DNA of 64,000 nt, taken from the human T2T-CHM13v2.0 reference genome, Homo sapiens. The position numbers and the translations under genes were made by a program. Position 1 is the first letter of the stretch. Every line of letters starts with the position of its first letter. Under the pieces are notes generated by a model. The model ran no database searches. It was not told the DNA's origin and saw only the letters and a list, made by a program, of their open reading frames with translations. The stretch lies in the NCBI RefSeq assembly GCF_009914755.1, contig NC_060933.1. One strand, 5' to 3'. Positions 1 to 13,144 of the stretch are shown here, piece after piece.

Positions 1-852
1 TCGTTGGAAACGGGAATATCTTCATATAAAATCAAGACAGAAGCATTCTCAGAAACTTCTCTGTGATGTTTGCATTCAACTCATAGAGGTGAACACTTCC
101 CTTCATAGAGCAGGTTTGAAACACTCTTTTTGTAATATTTGGAAGTGGACATTTGCAGCGCTTTGAGGCCTATGTTGAAAAAGGAAATATCTTCTCCTAA
201 AAACCAGACAGAAGCATTCTCAGAAACTTCCTTGTGATGTGTGTACTCAAGTAACAGAGTTGAACCTTCCTTTTGACAGAGCCGTTTTGAAACAGTCTTT
301 TTGTAGAATCTGGAAGTAGATATTTGGATACCTTTGAGGATTTCTTTGGAAACGGGATATCTTCATATAAAATCTAGACAGAAGCATTCTCACAAACTTC
401 TTTGTGCTGTATGTCCTCAATTAACAGAGTTGAACCTTTGTGTGGATACAGCATTTTGGAAACACTCCTTTAGTAGTATATGCAAGTTGATATTTAGATA
501 GCTAGGAAGATTTCCTTGGAAACGGGAATATCTTCATATAAAATCTAGACGGAAGCATTCTCAGAAAGTGCTTTGTGATGTTTGCATTCAAGTCACAGAG
601 TTGAATATTCCCTTTTATAGAGCAGGTTTGAAACACTCTTTCTGCACTACCTGGAAGTGGACATTTGGAGCGCTTTGAGGCCTATGTTGAAAAAGGAAAT
701 AACTTCCCATAAAAACTAGACAGAAGCATTCTCAGAAACTTGTTTGTGATGTGTGTATTCAACTAACAGAGATGAACCTTTCTTTTTACAGAGCAGTTTT
801 GAAACACTCTTTTTGTGGAATCTGAAAGTGGATATTTGGATAGCTTTGAGGA

Positions 853-869
853 TTTCGTTGGAAACGGGA
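853..869 (+). promoter_or_regulatory. Intact CENP-B box in M1 (representative; recurs in each HOR)
   Basis: TTTCGTTGGAAACGGGA matches the 17-bp consensus YTTCGTTGGAARCGGGA. Confidence 0.97.
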
Positions 870-1190
870 TTACATATAAAATCTAGAGAGAAGCATTCTC
901 AGGAACTTCTTTGTGATGTTTGCATTCAAGTCACAGAACTGAACATTCCCTTTCATAGAGCATGTTTGAAACACTCTTTCTGTAGTATCTGCAAGCGGAC
1001 GTTACAAGCGCTTTCAGGCCTATGGTGAGAAAGGAAATATCTTCAAGTAAAAACTAGACAGAAGCATTCTCAGAAACTTATTTGCCATGTGTGTTCTCAA
1101 CTAACAGAGTTGAACCTTTGTTTTGATACGGCATTTTGGAAACACTCTTTTTGTAGAATCTGCAGGTGGATATTCGGATAGCTTTGAAGG

Positions 1191-1207
1191 TTTCGTTGGA
1201 AACGGGA
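1191..1207 (+). promoter_or_regulatory. Intact CENP-B box in M3 (representative)
   Basis: TTTCGTTGGAAACGGGA, 338 bp after the M1 box. Confidence 0.97.
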
Positions 1208-1532
1208 ATATCTTCATATAAAATCGAGACGGAAGCATTCTCAGAAACTGCTTTGTGATGTTTTCATTCAAGCCACAGAGTAGAATGTTCCCTTTTATAT
1301 ACCAGGTTTGAGACACTCTTTCTGCACTATCTGGAAGTGGACATTTGGAGCGCTTTGAGGCCTATGATGAAAAAGGAAATATCTTCCCATAAAAACTAGA
1401 CAGAAGCATTCTCAGAAACTTGTTTGTGATGTGTGTATTCAACTAACAGAGATGAACCTTTCTTTTTACAGAGCAGTTTTGAAACACTCTTTTTGTGGAA
1501 TCTGAAAGTGGATATTTGGATAGCTTTGAGGA

Positions 1533-1549
1533 TTTCGTTGGAAACGGGA
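1533..1549 (+). promoter_or_regulatory. Intact CENP-B box in M5 (representative)
   Basis: TTTCGTTGGAAACGGGA, 680 bp after the M1 box. Confidence 0.97.
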
Positions 1550-1870
1550 TTACATATAAAATCTAGAGAGAAGCATTCTCAGGAACTTCTTTGTGATGTT
1601 TGCATTCACGCCACAGAACTGAACATTCCCTTTCATAGAGCATGTTTGAAACACTCTTTCTGTAGTATCTGCAAACGGACATTTCAAGCGCTTTCAGGCC
1701 TATGGTAAGAAAGGAAATATCTTCAAATAAAAACTAGACAGAAGCATTCTCAGAAACTTATTTGCGATGTGTGTCCTCAACTAACAGAGTTGAACCTTTG
1801 TTTTGATACAACATTTTGGAAACACTCTTGTTGTAGAATCTGCAAGTGGATATTTGGATAGCTTTGAAGG

Positions 1871-1887
1871 TTTCGTTGGAAACGGGA
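1871..1887 (+). promoter_or_regulatory. Intact CENP-B box in M7 (representative)
   Basis: TTTCGTTGGAAACGGGA, 680 bp after the M3 box. Confidence 0.97.
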
Positions 1888-2212
1888 ATATCTTCATATA
1901 AAATCAAGACAGAAGCATTCTCAGAAACTTCTCTGTGATGTTTGCATTCAACTCATAGAGTTGAACACTTCCCTTCATAGAGCAGGTTTGAAACACTCTT
2001 TTTGTAATATTTGGAAGTGGACATTTGCAGCGCTTTGAGGCCTATGTTGAAAAAGGAAATATCTTCTCCTAAAAACCAGACAGAAGCATTCTCAGAAACT
2101 TCCTTGTGATGTGTGTACTCAAGTAACAGAGTTGAACCTTACTTTTGACAGAGCCGTTTTGAAACAGTCTTGTTGTAGAATCTGGAAGTAGATATTTGGA
2201 CACCTTTGAGGA

Positions 2213-2229
2213 TTTCTTTGGAAACGGGA
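2213..2229 (+). other. Degenerate CENP-B box in M9 (apparently fixed across copies)
   Basis: TTTCTTTGGAAACGGGA: the core TTCG is changed to TTCT. Confidence 0.9.
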
Positions 2230-2382
2230 TATCTTCATATAAAATCTAGACAGAAGCATTCTCAGAAACTTCTTTGTGCTGTATGTCCTCAATTAACAGA
2301 GTTGAACCTTTGTGTGGATACAGCATTTTGGAAACACTCCTTTAGTAGAATCTGCAAGTTGATCTTTAGATAGCTAGGAAGA

Positions 2383-2399
2383 TTTCCTTGGAAACGGGA
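2383..2399 (+). other. Degenerate CENP-B box in M10 (apparently fixed across copies)
   Basis: TTTCCTTGGAAACGGGA: the core TTCG is changed to TTCC. It lies only 170 bp after the M9 box, so two B-type monomers are adjacent. Confidence 0.9.
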
Positions 2400-5300
2400 A
2401 TATCTTCATATAAAATCTAGACGGAAGCATTCTCAGAAAGTGCTTTGTGATGTTTGCATTCAAGTCACACAGTTGAATATTCCCTTTTATAGAGCAGGTT
2501 TGAAACACTCTTTCTGCACTACCTGGAAGTGGACATTTGGAGCGCTTTGAGGCCTATGTTGAAAAAGGAAATATCTTCCCATAAAAACTAGACAGAAGCA
2601 TTCTCAGAAACTTGTTTGTGATGTGTGTATTCAACTAACAGAGATGAACCTTTCTTTTTACAGAGCAGTTTTGAAACACTCTTTTTGTGGAATCTGAAAG
2701 TGGATATTTGGATAGCTTTGAGGATTTCGTTGGAAACGGGATTACATATAAAATCTAGAGAGAAGCATTCTCAGGAACTTCTTTGTGATGTTTGCATTCA
2801 AGTCACAGAACTGAACATTCCCTTTCATAGAGCATGTTTGAAACACTCTTTCTGTAGTATCTGCAAGCAGACGTTTCAAGCGCTTTCAGGCCTATGGTGA
2901 GAAAGGAAATATCTTCAAGTAAAAACTAGACAGAAGCATTCTCAGAAACTTATTTGCCATGTGTGTTCTCAACTAACAGAGTTGAACCTTTGTTTTGATA
3001 CGGCATTTTGGAAACACTCTTTTTGTAGAATCTGCAGGTGGATATTCGGATACCTTTGAAAGTTTCGTTGGAAACGGGAATATCTTCATATAAAATCTAG
3101 ACGGAAGCATTCTCAGAAACTGCTTTGTGATGTTTTCATTCAAGCCACAGAGTAGAATGTTCCCTTTTATATACCAGGTTTGAGACACTCTTTCTGCACT
3201 ATCTGGAAGTGGACATTTGGAGCGCTTTGAGGCCTATGATGAAAAAGGAAATATCTTCCCATAAAAACTAGACAGAAGCATTCTCAGAAACTTGTTTGTG
3301 ATGTGTGTATTCAACTAACAGTGATGAACCTTTCTTTTTACAGAGCAGTTTTGAAACACTCTTTTTGTGGAATCTGAAAGTGGATATTTGGATAGCTTTG
3401 AGGATTTCGTTGGAAACGGGATTACATATAAAATCTAGAGAGAAGCATTCTCAGGAACTTCTTTGTGACGTTTGCATTCACGTCACAGAACTGAACATTC
3501 CCTTTCATAGAGCATGTTTGAAACACTCTTTCTGTAGTATCTGCAAACGGACATTTCAAGCGCTTTCAGGCCTATGGTAAGAAAGGAAATATCTTCAAAT
3601 AAAAACTAGACAGAAGCATTCTCAGAAACTTATTTGCGATGTGTGTCCTCAACTAACAGAGTTGAACCTTTGTTTTGATACAACATTTTGGAAACACTCT
3701 TTTTGTAGTATCTGCAAGTGGATATTTGGATAGCTTTGAAGGTTTCGTTGGAAACGGGAATATCTTCATATAAAATCAAGACAGAAGCATTCTCAGAAAC
3801 TTCTCTGTGATGTTTGCATTCAACTCATAGAGGTGAACACTTCCCTTCATAGAGCAGGTTTGAAACACTCTTTTTGTAATATTTGGAAGTGGACATTTGC
3901 AGCGCTTTGAGGCCTATGTTGAAAAAGGAAATATCTTCTCCTAAAAACCAGACAGAAGCATTCTCAGAAACTTCCTTGTGATGTGTGTACTCAAGTAACA
4001 GAGTTGAACCTTCCTTTTGACAGAGCCGTTTTGAAACAGTCTTTTTGTAGAATCTGGAAGTAGATATTTGGATACCTTTGAGGATTTCTTTGGAAACGGG
4101 ATATCTTCATATAAAATCTAGACAGAAGCATTCTCACAAACTTCTTTGTGCTGTATGTCCTCAATTAACAGAGTTGAACCTTTGTGTGGATACAGCATTT
4201 TGGAAACACTCCTTTAGTAGTATATGCAAGTTGATATTTAGATAGCTAGGAAGATTTCCTTGGAAACGGGAATATCTTCATATAAAATCTAGACGGAAGC
4301 ATTCTCAGAAAGTGCTTTGTGATGTTTGCATTCAAGTCACAGAGTTGAATATTCCCTTTTATAGAGCAGGTTTGAAACACTCTTTCTGCACTACCTGGAA
4401 GTGGACATTTGGAGCGCTTTGAGGCCTATGTTGAAAAAGGAAATAACTTCCCATAAAAACTAGACAGAAGCATTCTCAGAAACTTGTTTGTGATGTGTGT
4501 ATTCAACTAACAGAGATGAACCTTTCTTTTTACAGAGCAGTTTTGAAACACTCTTTTTGTGGAATCTGAAAGTGGATATTTGGATAGCTTTGAGGATTTC
4601 GTTGGAAACGGGATTACATATAAAATCTAGAGAGAAGCATTCTCAGGAACTTCTTTGTGATGTTTGCATTCAAGTCACAGAACTGAACATTCCCTTTCAT
4701 AGAGCATGTTTGAAACACTCTTTCTGTAGTATCTGCAAGCGGACGTTACAAGCGCTTTCAGGCCTATGGTGAGAAAGGAAATATCTTCAAGTAAAAACTA
4801 GACAGAAGCATTCTCAGAAACTTATTTGCCATGTGTGTTCTCAACTAACAGAGTTGAACCTTTGTTTTGATACGGCATTTTGGAAACACTCTTTTTGTAG
4901 AATCTGCAGGTGGATATTCGGATAGCTTTGAAGGTTTCGTTGGAAACGGGAATATCTTCATATAAAATCGAGACGGAAGCATTCTCAGAAACTGCTTTGT
5001 GATGTTTTCATTCAAGCCACAGAGTAGAATGTTCCCTTTTATATACCAGGTTTGAGACACTCTTTCTGCACTATCTGGAAGTGGACATTTGGAGCGCTTT
5101 GAGGCCTATGATGAAAAAGGAAATATCTTCCCATAAAAACTAGACAGAAGCATTCTCAGAAACTTGTTTGTGATGTGTGTATTCAACTAACAGAGATGAA
5201 CCTTTCTTTTTACAGAGCAGTTTTGAAACACTCTTTTTGTGGAATCTGAAAGTGGATATTTGGATAGCTTTGAGGATTTCGTTGGAAACGGGATTACATA

Positions 5301-8300
5301 TAAAATCTAGAGAGAAGCATTCTCAGGAACTTCTTTGTGATGTTTGCATTCACGCCACAGAACTGAACATTCCCTTTCATAGAGCATGTTTGAAACACTC
5401 TTTCTGTAGTATCTGCAAACGGACATTTCAAGCGCTTTCAGGCCTATGGTAAGAAAGGAAATATCTTCAAATAAAAACTAGACAGAAGCATTCTCAGAAA
5501 CTTATTTGCGATGTGTGTCCTCAACTAACAGAGTTGAACCTTTGTTTTGATACAACATTTTGGAAACACTCTTGTTGTAGAATCTGCAAGTGGATATTTG
5601 GATAACTTTGAAGGTTTCGTTGGAAACGGGAATATCTTCATATAAAATCAAGACAGAAGCATTCTCAGAAACTTCTCTGTGATGTTTGCATTCAACTCAT
5701 AGAGTTGAACACTTCCCTTCATAGAGCAGGTTTGAAACACTCTTTTTGTAATATTTGGAAGTGGACATTTGCAGCGCTTTGAGGCCTATGTTGAAAAAGG
5801 AAATATCTTCTCCTAAAAACCAGACAGAAGCATTCTCAGAAACTTCCTTGTGATGTGTGTACTCAAGTAACAGAGTTGAACCTTACTTTTGACAGAGCCG
5901 TTTTGAAACAGTCTTGTTGTAGAATCTGGAAGTAGATATTTGGACACCTTTGAGGATTTCTTTGGAAACGGGATATCTTCATATAAAATCTAGACAGAAG
6001 CATTCTCAGAAACTTCTTTGTGCTGTATGTCCTCAATTAACAGAGTTGAACCTTTGTGTGGATACAGCATTTTGGAAACACTCCTTTAGTAGAATCTGCA
6101 AGTTGATCTTTAGATAGCTAGGAAGATTTCCTTGGAAACGGGAATATCTTCATATAAAATCTAGACGGAAGCATTCTCAGAAAGTGCTTTGTGATGTTTG
6201 CATTCAAGTCACACAGTTGAATATTCCCTTTTATAGAGCAGGTTTGAAACACTCTTTCTGCACTACCTGGAAGTGGACATTTGGAGCGCTTTGAGGCCTA
6301 TGTTGAAAAAGGAAATATCTTCCCATAAAAACTAGACAGAAGCATTCTCAGAAACTTGTTTGTGATGTGTGTATTCAACTAACAGAGATGAACCTTTCTT
6401 TTTACAGAGCAGTTTTGAAACACTCTTTTTGTGGAATCTGAAAGTGGATATTTGGATAGCTTTGAGGATTTCGTTGGAAACGGGATTACATATAAAATCT
6501 AGAGAGAAGCATTCTCAGGAACTTCTTTGTGATGTTTGCATTCAAGTCACAGAACTGAACATTCCCTTTCATAGAGCATGTTTGAAACACTCTTTCTGTA
6601 GTATCTGCAAGCAGACGTTTCAAGCGCTTTCAGGCCTATGGTGAGAAAGGAAATATCTTCAAGTAAAAACTAGACAGAAGCATTCTCAGAAACTTATTTG
6701 CCATGTGTGTTCTCAACTAACAGAGTTGAACCTTTGTTTTGATACGGCATTTTGGAAACACTCTTTTTGTAGAATCTGCAGGTGGATATTCGGATACCTT
6801 TGAAAGTTTCGTTGGAAACGGGAATATCTTCATATAAAATCTAGACGGAAGCATTCTCAGAAACTGCTTTGTGATGTTTTCATTCAAGCCACAGAGTAGA
6901 ATGTTCCCTTTTATATACCAGGTTTGAGACACTCTTTCTGCACTATCTGGAAGTGGACATTTGGAGCGCTTTGAGGCCTATGATGAAAAAGGAAATATCT
7001 TCCCATAAAAACTAGACAGAAGCATTCTCAGAAACTTGTTTGTGATGTGTGTATTCAACTAACAGTGATGAACCTTTCTTTTTACAGAGCAGTTTTGAAA
7101 CACTCTTTTTGTGGAATCTGAAAGTGGATATTTGGATAGCTTTGAGGATTTCGTTGGAAACGGGATTACATATAAAATCTAGAGAGAAGCATTCTCAGGA
7201 ACTTCTTTGTGATGTTTGCATTCAAGTCACAGAACTGAACATTCCCTTTCATAGAGCATGTTTGAAACACTCTTTCTGTAGTATCTGCAAACGGACATTT
7301 CAAGCGCTTTCAGGCCTATGGTAAGAAAGGAAATATCTTCAAATAAAAACTAGACAGAAGCATTCTCAGAAACTTATTTGCGATGTGTGTCCTCAACTAA
7401 CAGAGTTGAAGCTTTGTTTTGATACAATATTTTGGAAACACTCTTGTTGTAGAATCTGCAAGTGGATATTTGGATAGCTTTGAAGGTTTCGTTGGAAACG
7501 GGAATATCTTCATATAAAATCAAGACAGAAGCATTCTCAGAAACTTCTCTGTGATGTTTGCATTCAACTCATAGAGTTGAACACTTCCCTTCATAGAGCA
7601 GGTTTGAAACACTCTTTTTGTAATATTTTGAAGTGGACATTTGCAGCGCTTTGAGGCCTATGTTGAAAAAGGAAATATCTTCTCCTAAAAACCAGACAGA
7701 AGCATTTTCAGAAACTTCCTTGTGATGTGTGTACTCAAGTAACAGAGTTGAACCTTACTTTTGACAGAGCCGTTTTGAAACAGTCTTGTTGTAGAATCTG
7801 GAAGTAGATATTTGGACACCTTTGAGGATTTCTTTGGAAACGGGATATCTTCATATAAAATCTAGACGGAAGCATTCTCAGAAACTTCTTTGTGCTGTAT
7901 GTCCTCAATTAACAGAGTTGAACCTTTGTGTGGATACAGCATTTTGGAAACACTCCTTTAGTAGGATATGCAAGTTGATATTTAGATAGCTAGGAAGATT
8001 TCCTTGGAAACGTGAATATCTTCATATAAAATCTAGACGGAAGCATTCTCAGAAAGTGCTTTGTGATGTTTGCATTCAAGTCACAGAGTTGAATATTCCC
8101 TTTTATAGAGCAGGTTTGAAACACTCTTTCTGCACTACCTGGAAGTGGACATTTGGAGCGCTTTGAGGCCTATGTTGAAAAAGGAAATAACTTCCCATAA
8201 AAACTAGACAGAAGCATTCTCAGAAACTTGTTTGTGATGTGTGTATTCAACTAACAGAGATGAACCTTTCTTTTTACAGAGCAGTTTTGAAACACTCTTT

Positions 8301-11300
8301 TTGTGGAATCTGAAAGTGGATATTTGGATAGCTTTGAGGATTTCGTTGGAAACGGGATTACATATAAAACCTAGAGAGAAGCATTCTCAGGAACTTCTTT
8401 GTGATGTTTGCATTCAAGTCACAGAACTGAACATTCCCTTTCATAGAGCATGTTTGAAACACTCCTTCTGTAGTATCTGCAAGCGGACGTTTCAAGCGCT
8501 TTCAGGCCTATGGTGAGAAAGGAAATATCTTCAAGTAAAAACTAGACAGAAGCATTCTCAGAAACTTATTTGCCATGTGTGTTCTCAACTAACAGAGTTG
8601 AACCTTTGTTTTGATACGGCATTTTGGAAACACTCTTTTTGTAGAATCTGCAGGTGGATATTCGGATAGCTTTGAAGGTTTCGTTGGAAACGGGAATATC
8701 TTCATATAAAATCTAGACGGAAGCATTCTCAGAAACTGCTTTGTGATGTTTTCATTCAAGTCACAGAGTAGAATGTTCCCTTTTATATACCAGGTTTGAG
8801 ACACTCTTTCTGCACTATCTGGAAGTGGACATTTGGAGCGCTTTGAGGCCTATGATGAAAAAGGAAATATCTTCCCATAAAAACTAGACAGAAGCATTCT
8901 CAGAAACTTGTTTGTGATGTGTGTATTCAACTAACAGAGATGAACCTTTCTTTTTACAGAGCAGTTTTGAAACACTCTTTTTGTGGAATCTGAAAGTGGA
9001 TATTTGGATAGCTTTGAGGATTTCGTTGGAAACGGGATTACATATAAAATCTAGAGAGAAGCATTCTCAGGAACTTCTTTGTGACGTTTGCATTCACGTC
9101 ACAGAACTGAACATTCCCTTTCATAGAGCATGTTTGAAACACTCTTTCTGTAGTATCTGCAAACGGACATTTCAAGCGCTTTCAGGCCTATGGTAAGAAA
9201 GGAAATATCTTCAAATAAAAACTAGACAGAAGCATTCTCAGAAACTTATTTGCGATGTGTGTCCTCAACTAACAGAGTTGAACCTTTGTTTTGATACAAC
9301 ATTTTGGAAACACTCTTTTTGTAGTATCTGCAAGTGGATATTTGGATAGCTTTGAAGGTTTCGTTGGAAACGGGAATATCTTCATATAAAATCAAGACAG
9401 AAGCATTCTCAGAAACTTCTCTGTGATGTTTGCATTCAACTCATAGAGGTGAACACTTCCCTTCATAGAGCAGGTTTGAAACACTCTTTTTGTAATATTT
9501 GGAAGTGGACATTTGCAGCGCTTTGAGGCCTATGTTGAAAAAGGAAATATCTTCTCCTAAAAACCAGACAGAAGCATTCTCAGAAACTTCCTTGTGATGT
9601 GTGTACTCAAGTAACAGAGTTGAACCTTCCTTTTGACAGAGCCGTTTTGAAACAGTCTTTTTGTAGAATCTGGAAGTAGATATTTGGATACCTTTGAGGA
9701 TTTCTTTGGAAACGGGATATCTTCATATAAAATCTAGACAGAAGCATTCTCACAAACTTCTTTGTGCTGTATGTCCTCAATTAACAGAGTTGAACCTTTG
9801 TGTGGATACAGCATTTTGGAAACACTCCTTTAGTAGTATATGCAAGTTGATATTTAGATAGCTAGGAAGATTTCCTTGGAAACGGGAATATCTTCATATA
9901 AAATCTAGACGGAAGCATTCTCAGAAAGTGCTTTGTGATGTTTGCATTCAAGTCACAGAGTTGAATATTCCCTTTTATAGAGCAGGTTTGAAACACTCTT
10001 TCTGCACTACCTGGAAGTGGACATTTGGAGCGCTTTGAGGCCTATGTTGAAAAAGGAAATAACTTCCCATAAAAACTAGACAGAAGCATTCTCAGAAACT
10101 TGTTTGTGATGTGTGTATTCAACTAACAGAGATGAACCTTTCTTTTTACAGAGCAGTTTTGAAACACTCTTTTTGTGGAATCTGAAAGTGGATATTTGGA
10201 TAGCTTTGAGGATTTCGTTGGAAACGGGATTACATATAAAATCTAGAGAGAAGCATTCTCAGGAACTTCTTTGTGATGTTTGCATTCAAGTCACAGAACT
10301 GAACATTCCCTTTCATAGAGCATGTTTGAAACACTCTTTCTGTAGTATCTGCAAGCGGACGTTACAAGCGCTTTCAGGCCTATGGTGAGAAAGGAAATAT
10401 CTTCAAGTAAAAACTAGACAGAAGCATTCTCAGAAACTTATTTGCCATGTGTGTTCTCAACTAACAGAGTTGAACCTATGTTTTGATACGGCATTTTGGA
10501 AACACTCTTTTTGTAGAATCTGCAGGTGGATATTCGGATAGCTTTGAAGGTTTCGTTGGAAACGGGAATATCTTCATATAAAATCTAGACGGAAGCATTC
10601 TCAGAAACTGCTTTGTGATATTTTCATTCAAGTCACAGAGTAGAATGTTCCCTTTTATATACCAGGTTTGAGACACTCTTTCTGCACTATCTGGAAGTGG
10701 ACATTTGGAGCGCTTTGAGGCCGATGATGAAAAAGGAAATATCTTACCATAAAAACTAGACAGAAGCATTCTCAGGAACTTGTTTGTGATGTGTGTATTC
10801 AACTAACAGAGATGAACCTTTCTTTTTACAGAGCAGTTTTGAAACACTCTTTTTGTGGAATCTGAAAGTGGATATTTGGATAGCTTTGAGGATTTCGTTG
10901 GAAACGGGATTACATATAAAATCTAGAGAGAAGCATTCTCAGGAACTTCTTTGTGACGTTTGCATTCACGTCACAGAACTGAACATTCCCTTTCTTAGAG
11001 CATGTTTGAAACACTCTTTCTGTAGTATCTGCAAACGGACATTTCAAGCGCTTTCAGGCCTATGGTAAGAAAGGAAATATCTTCAAATAAAAACTAGACA
11101 GAAGCATTCTCAGAAACTTATTTGCGATGTGTGTCCTCAACTAACAGAGTTGAACCTTTGTTTTGATACAACATTTTGGAAACACTCTTTTTGTAGAATC
11201 TGCAAGTGGATATTTGGATAGCTTTGAAGGTTTCGTTGGAAACGGGAATATCTTCATATAAAATCAAGACAGAAGCATTCTCAGAAACTTCTCTGTGATG

Positions 11301-11952
11301 TTTGCATTCAACTCATAGAGTTGAACACTTCCCTTCATAGAGCAGGTTTGAAACACTCTTTTTGTAATATTTGGAAGTGGACATTTGCAGCGCTTTGAGG
11401 CCTATGTTGAAAAAGGAAATATCTTCTCCTAAAAAGCAGACAGAAGCATTCTCAGAAACTTCCTTGTGATGTGTGTACTCAAGTAACAGAGTTGAACCTT
11501 ACTTTTGACAGAGCCGTTTTGAAACAGTCTTTTTGTAGAATCTGGAAGTAGATATTTGGATACATTTGAGGATTTCTTTGGAAACGGGATATCTTCATAT
11601 AAAATCTAGACAGAAGCATTCTCAGAAACTTCTTTGTGCTGTATGTCCTCAATTAACAGAGTTGAACCTTTGTGTGGATACAGCATTTTGGAAACATTCC
11701 TTTAGTAGAATCTGCAAGTTGATATTTAGATAGCTAGGAAGATTTCCTTGGAAACGGGAATATCTTCATATAAAATCTAGACGGAAGCATTCTCAGAAAG
11801 TGCTTTGTGATGTTTGCATTCAAGTCACAGAGTTGAATATTCCCTTTTATAGAGCAGGTTTGAAACACTCTTTCTGCACTACCTGGAAGTGGACATTTGG
11901 AGCGCTTTGAGGCCTATGTTGAAAAAGGAAATATCTTCCCATAAAAACTAGA

Positions 11953-13144
11953 CAGAAGCATTCTCAGAAACTTGTTTGTGATGTGTGTATTCAACTAACA
12001 GAGATGAACCTTTCTTTTTACAAAGCAGTTTTGAAACACTCTTTTTGTGGAATCTGAAAGTGGATATTTGGATAGCTTTGAGGATTTCGTTGGAAACGGG
12101 ATTACATATAAAATCTAGAGAGAAGCATTCTCAGGAACTTCTTTGTGATGTTTGCATTCAAGTCACAGAACTGAACATTCCCTTTCATAGAGCATGTTTG
12201 AAACACTCTTTCTGTAGTATCTGCAAGCGGACGTTTCAAGCGCTTTCAGGCCTATGGTGAGAAAGGAAATATCTTCAAGTAAAAACTAGACAGAAGCATT
12301 CTCAGAAACTTATTTGCGATGTGTGTCCTCAACTAACAGAGTTGAACCTTTGTTTTGATACAACATTTTGGAAACACTCTTTTTGTAGAATCTGCAAGTG
12401 GATATTTGGATAGCTTTGAAGGTTTCGTTGGAAACGGGAATATCTTCATATAAAATCAAGACAGAAGCATTCTCAGAAACTTCTCTGTGATGTTTGCATT
12501 CAACTCATAGAGGTGAACACTTCCCTTCATAGAGCAGGTTTGAAACACTCTTTTTGTAATATTTGGAAGTGGACATTTACAGCGCTTTGAGGCCTATGTT
12601 GAAAAAGGAAATATCTTCTCCTAAAAAACAGACAGAAGCATTCTCAGAAACTTCCTTGTGATGTGTGTACTCAAGTAACAGAGTTGAACCTTACTTTTGA
12701 CAGAGCCGTTTTGAAACAGTCTTTTTGTAGAATCTGGAAGTAGATATTTGGATACATTTGAGGATTTCTTTGGAAACGGGATATCTTCATATAAAATCTA
12801 GACAGAAGCATTCTCAGAAACTTCTTTGTGCTGTATGTCCTCAATTAACAGAGTTGAACCTTTGTGTGGATACAGCATTTTGGAAACATTCCTTTAGTAG
12901 AATCTGCAAGTTGATATTTAGATAGCTAGGAAGATTTCCTTGGAAACGGGAATATCTTCATATAAAATCTAGACGGAAGCATTCTCAGAAAGTGCTTTGT
13001 GATGTTTGCATTCAAGTCACAGAGTTGAATATTCCCTTTTATAGAGCAGGTTTGAAACACTCTTTCTGCACTACCTGGAAGTGGACATTTGGAGCGCTTT
13101 GAGGCCTATGTTGAAAAAGGAAATATCTTCCCATAAAAACTAGA
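11953..13144 (+). repeat. 7-mer HOR variant (1192 bp), junction type I
   Basis: ORF spacing 11985 to 13177 has no intervening 680-bp cassette. M2-type 'cttcaagt' is followed directly by M7-type 'tttgcgatgtgtgtcc'. Confidence 0.93.

Larger units (their letters stand above)
721..2592 (+). repeat. Representative 11-mer HOR unit (1872 bp): M1(B) M2(A) M3(B) M4(A) M5(B) M6(A) M7(B) M8(A) M9(B, degenerate) M10(B, degenerate) M11(A); my numbering
   Basis: Sequence at 721 recurs at 2593. M5-M7 are near-copies of M1-M3 (offset 680) and M4 closely resembles M11. There are 28 such complete units in the window. Confidence 0.95.
1..7200 (+). repeat. Tandem duplication with 3744-bp period (2 x 11-mer)
   Basis: Variant ORFs pair at offset 3744: 753/4497 (RTLQ), 1433/5177 (HATE), 2625/6369 (KQTF), 2973/6717 (KLSKV), 3305/7049 (SDEP). 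Confidence 0.9.

Noticed and set aside
729-737. TTCTCAGAA (STAT/GAS-like) motif and short palindromes (AGCGCT, AGGCCT, TCTAGA) in many monomers
   Set aside because: These are generic parts of the alpha-satellite consensus; sequence alone gives no evidence of function here.
721-2592. Assignment to D13Z1/D21Z1 or D8Z2 on the basis of 11-mer length and a 680-bp sub-period
   Set aside because: Disfavoured but not excluded. This 11-mer reduces to about 7-8 monomer classes with only four intact CENP-B boxes, and I saw no recurring EcoRI site, which fits my recollection of D9Z4 better. Alignment to reference HORs is needed.
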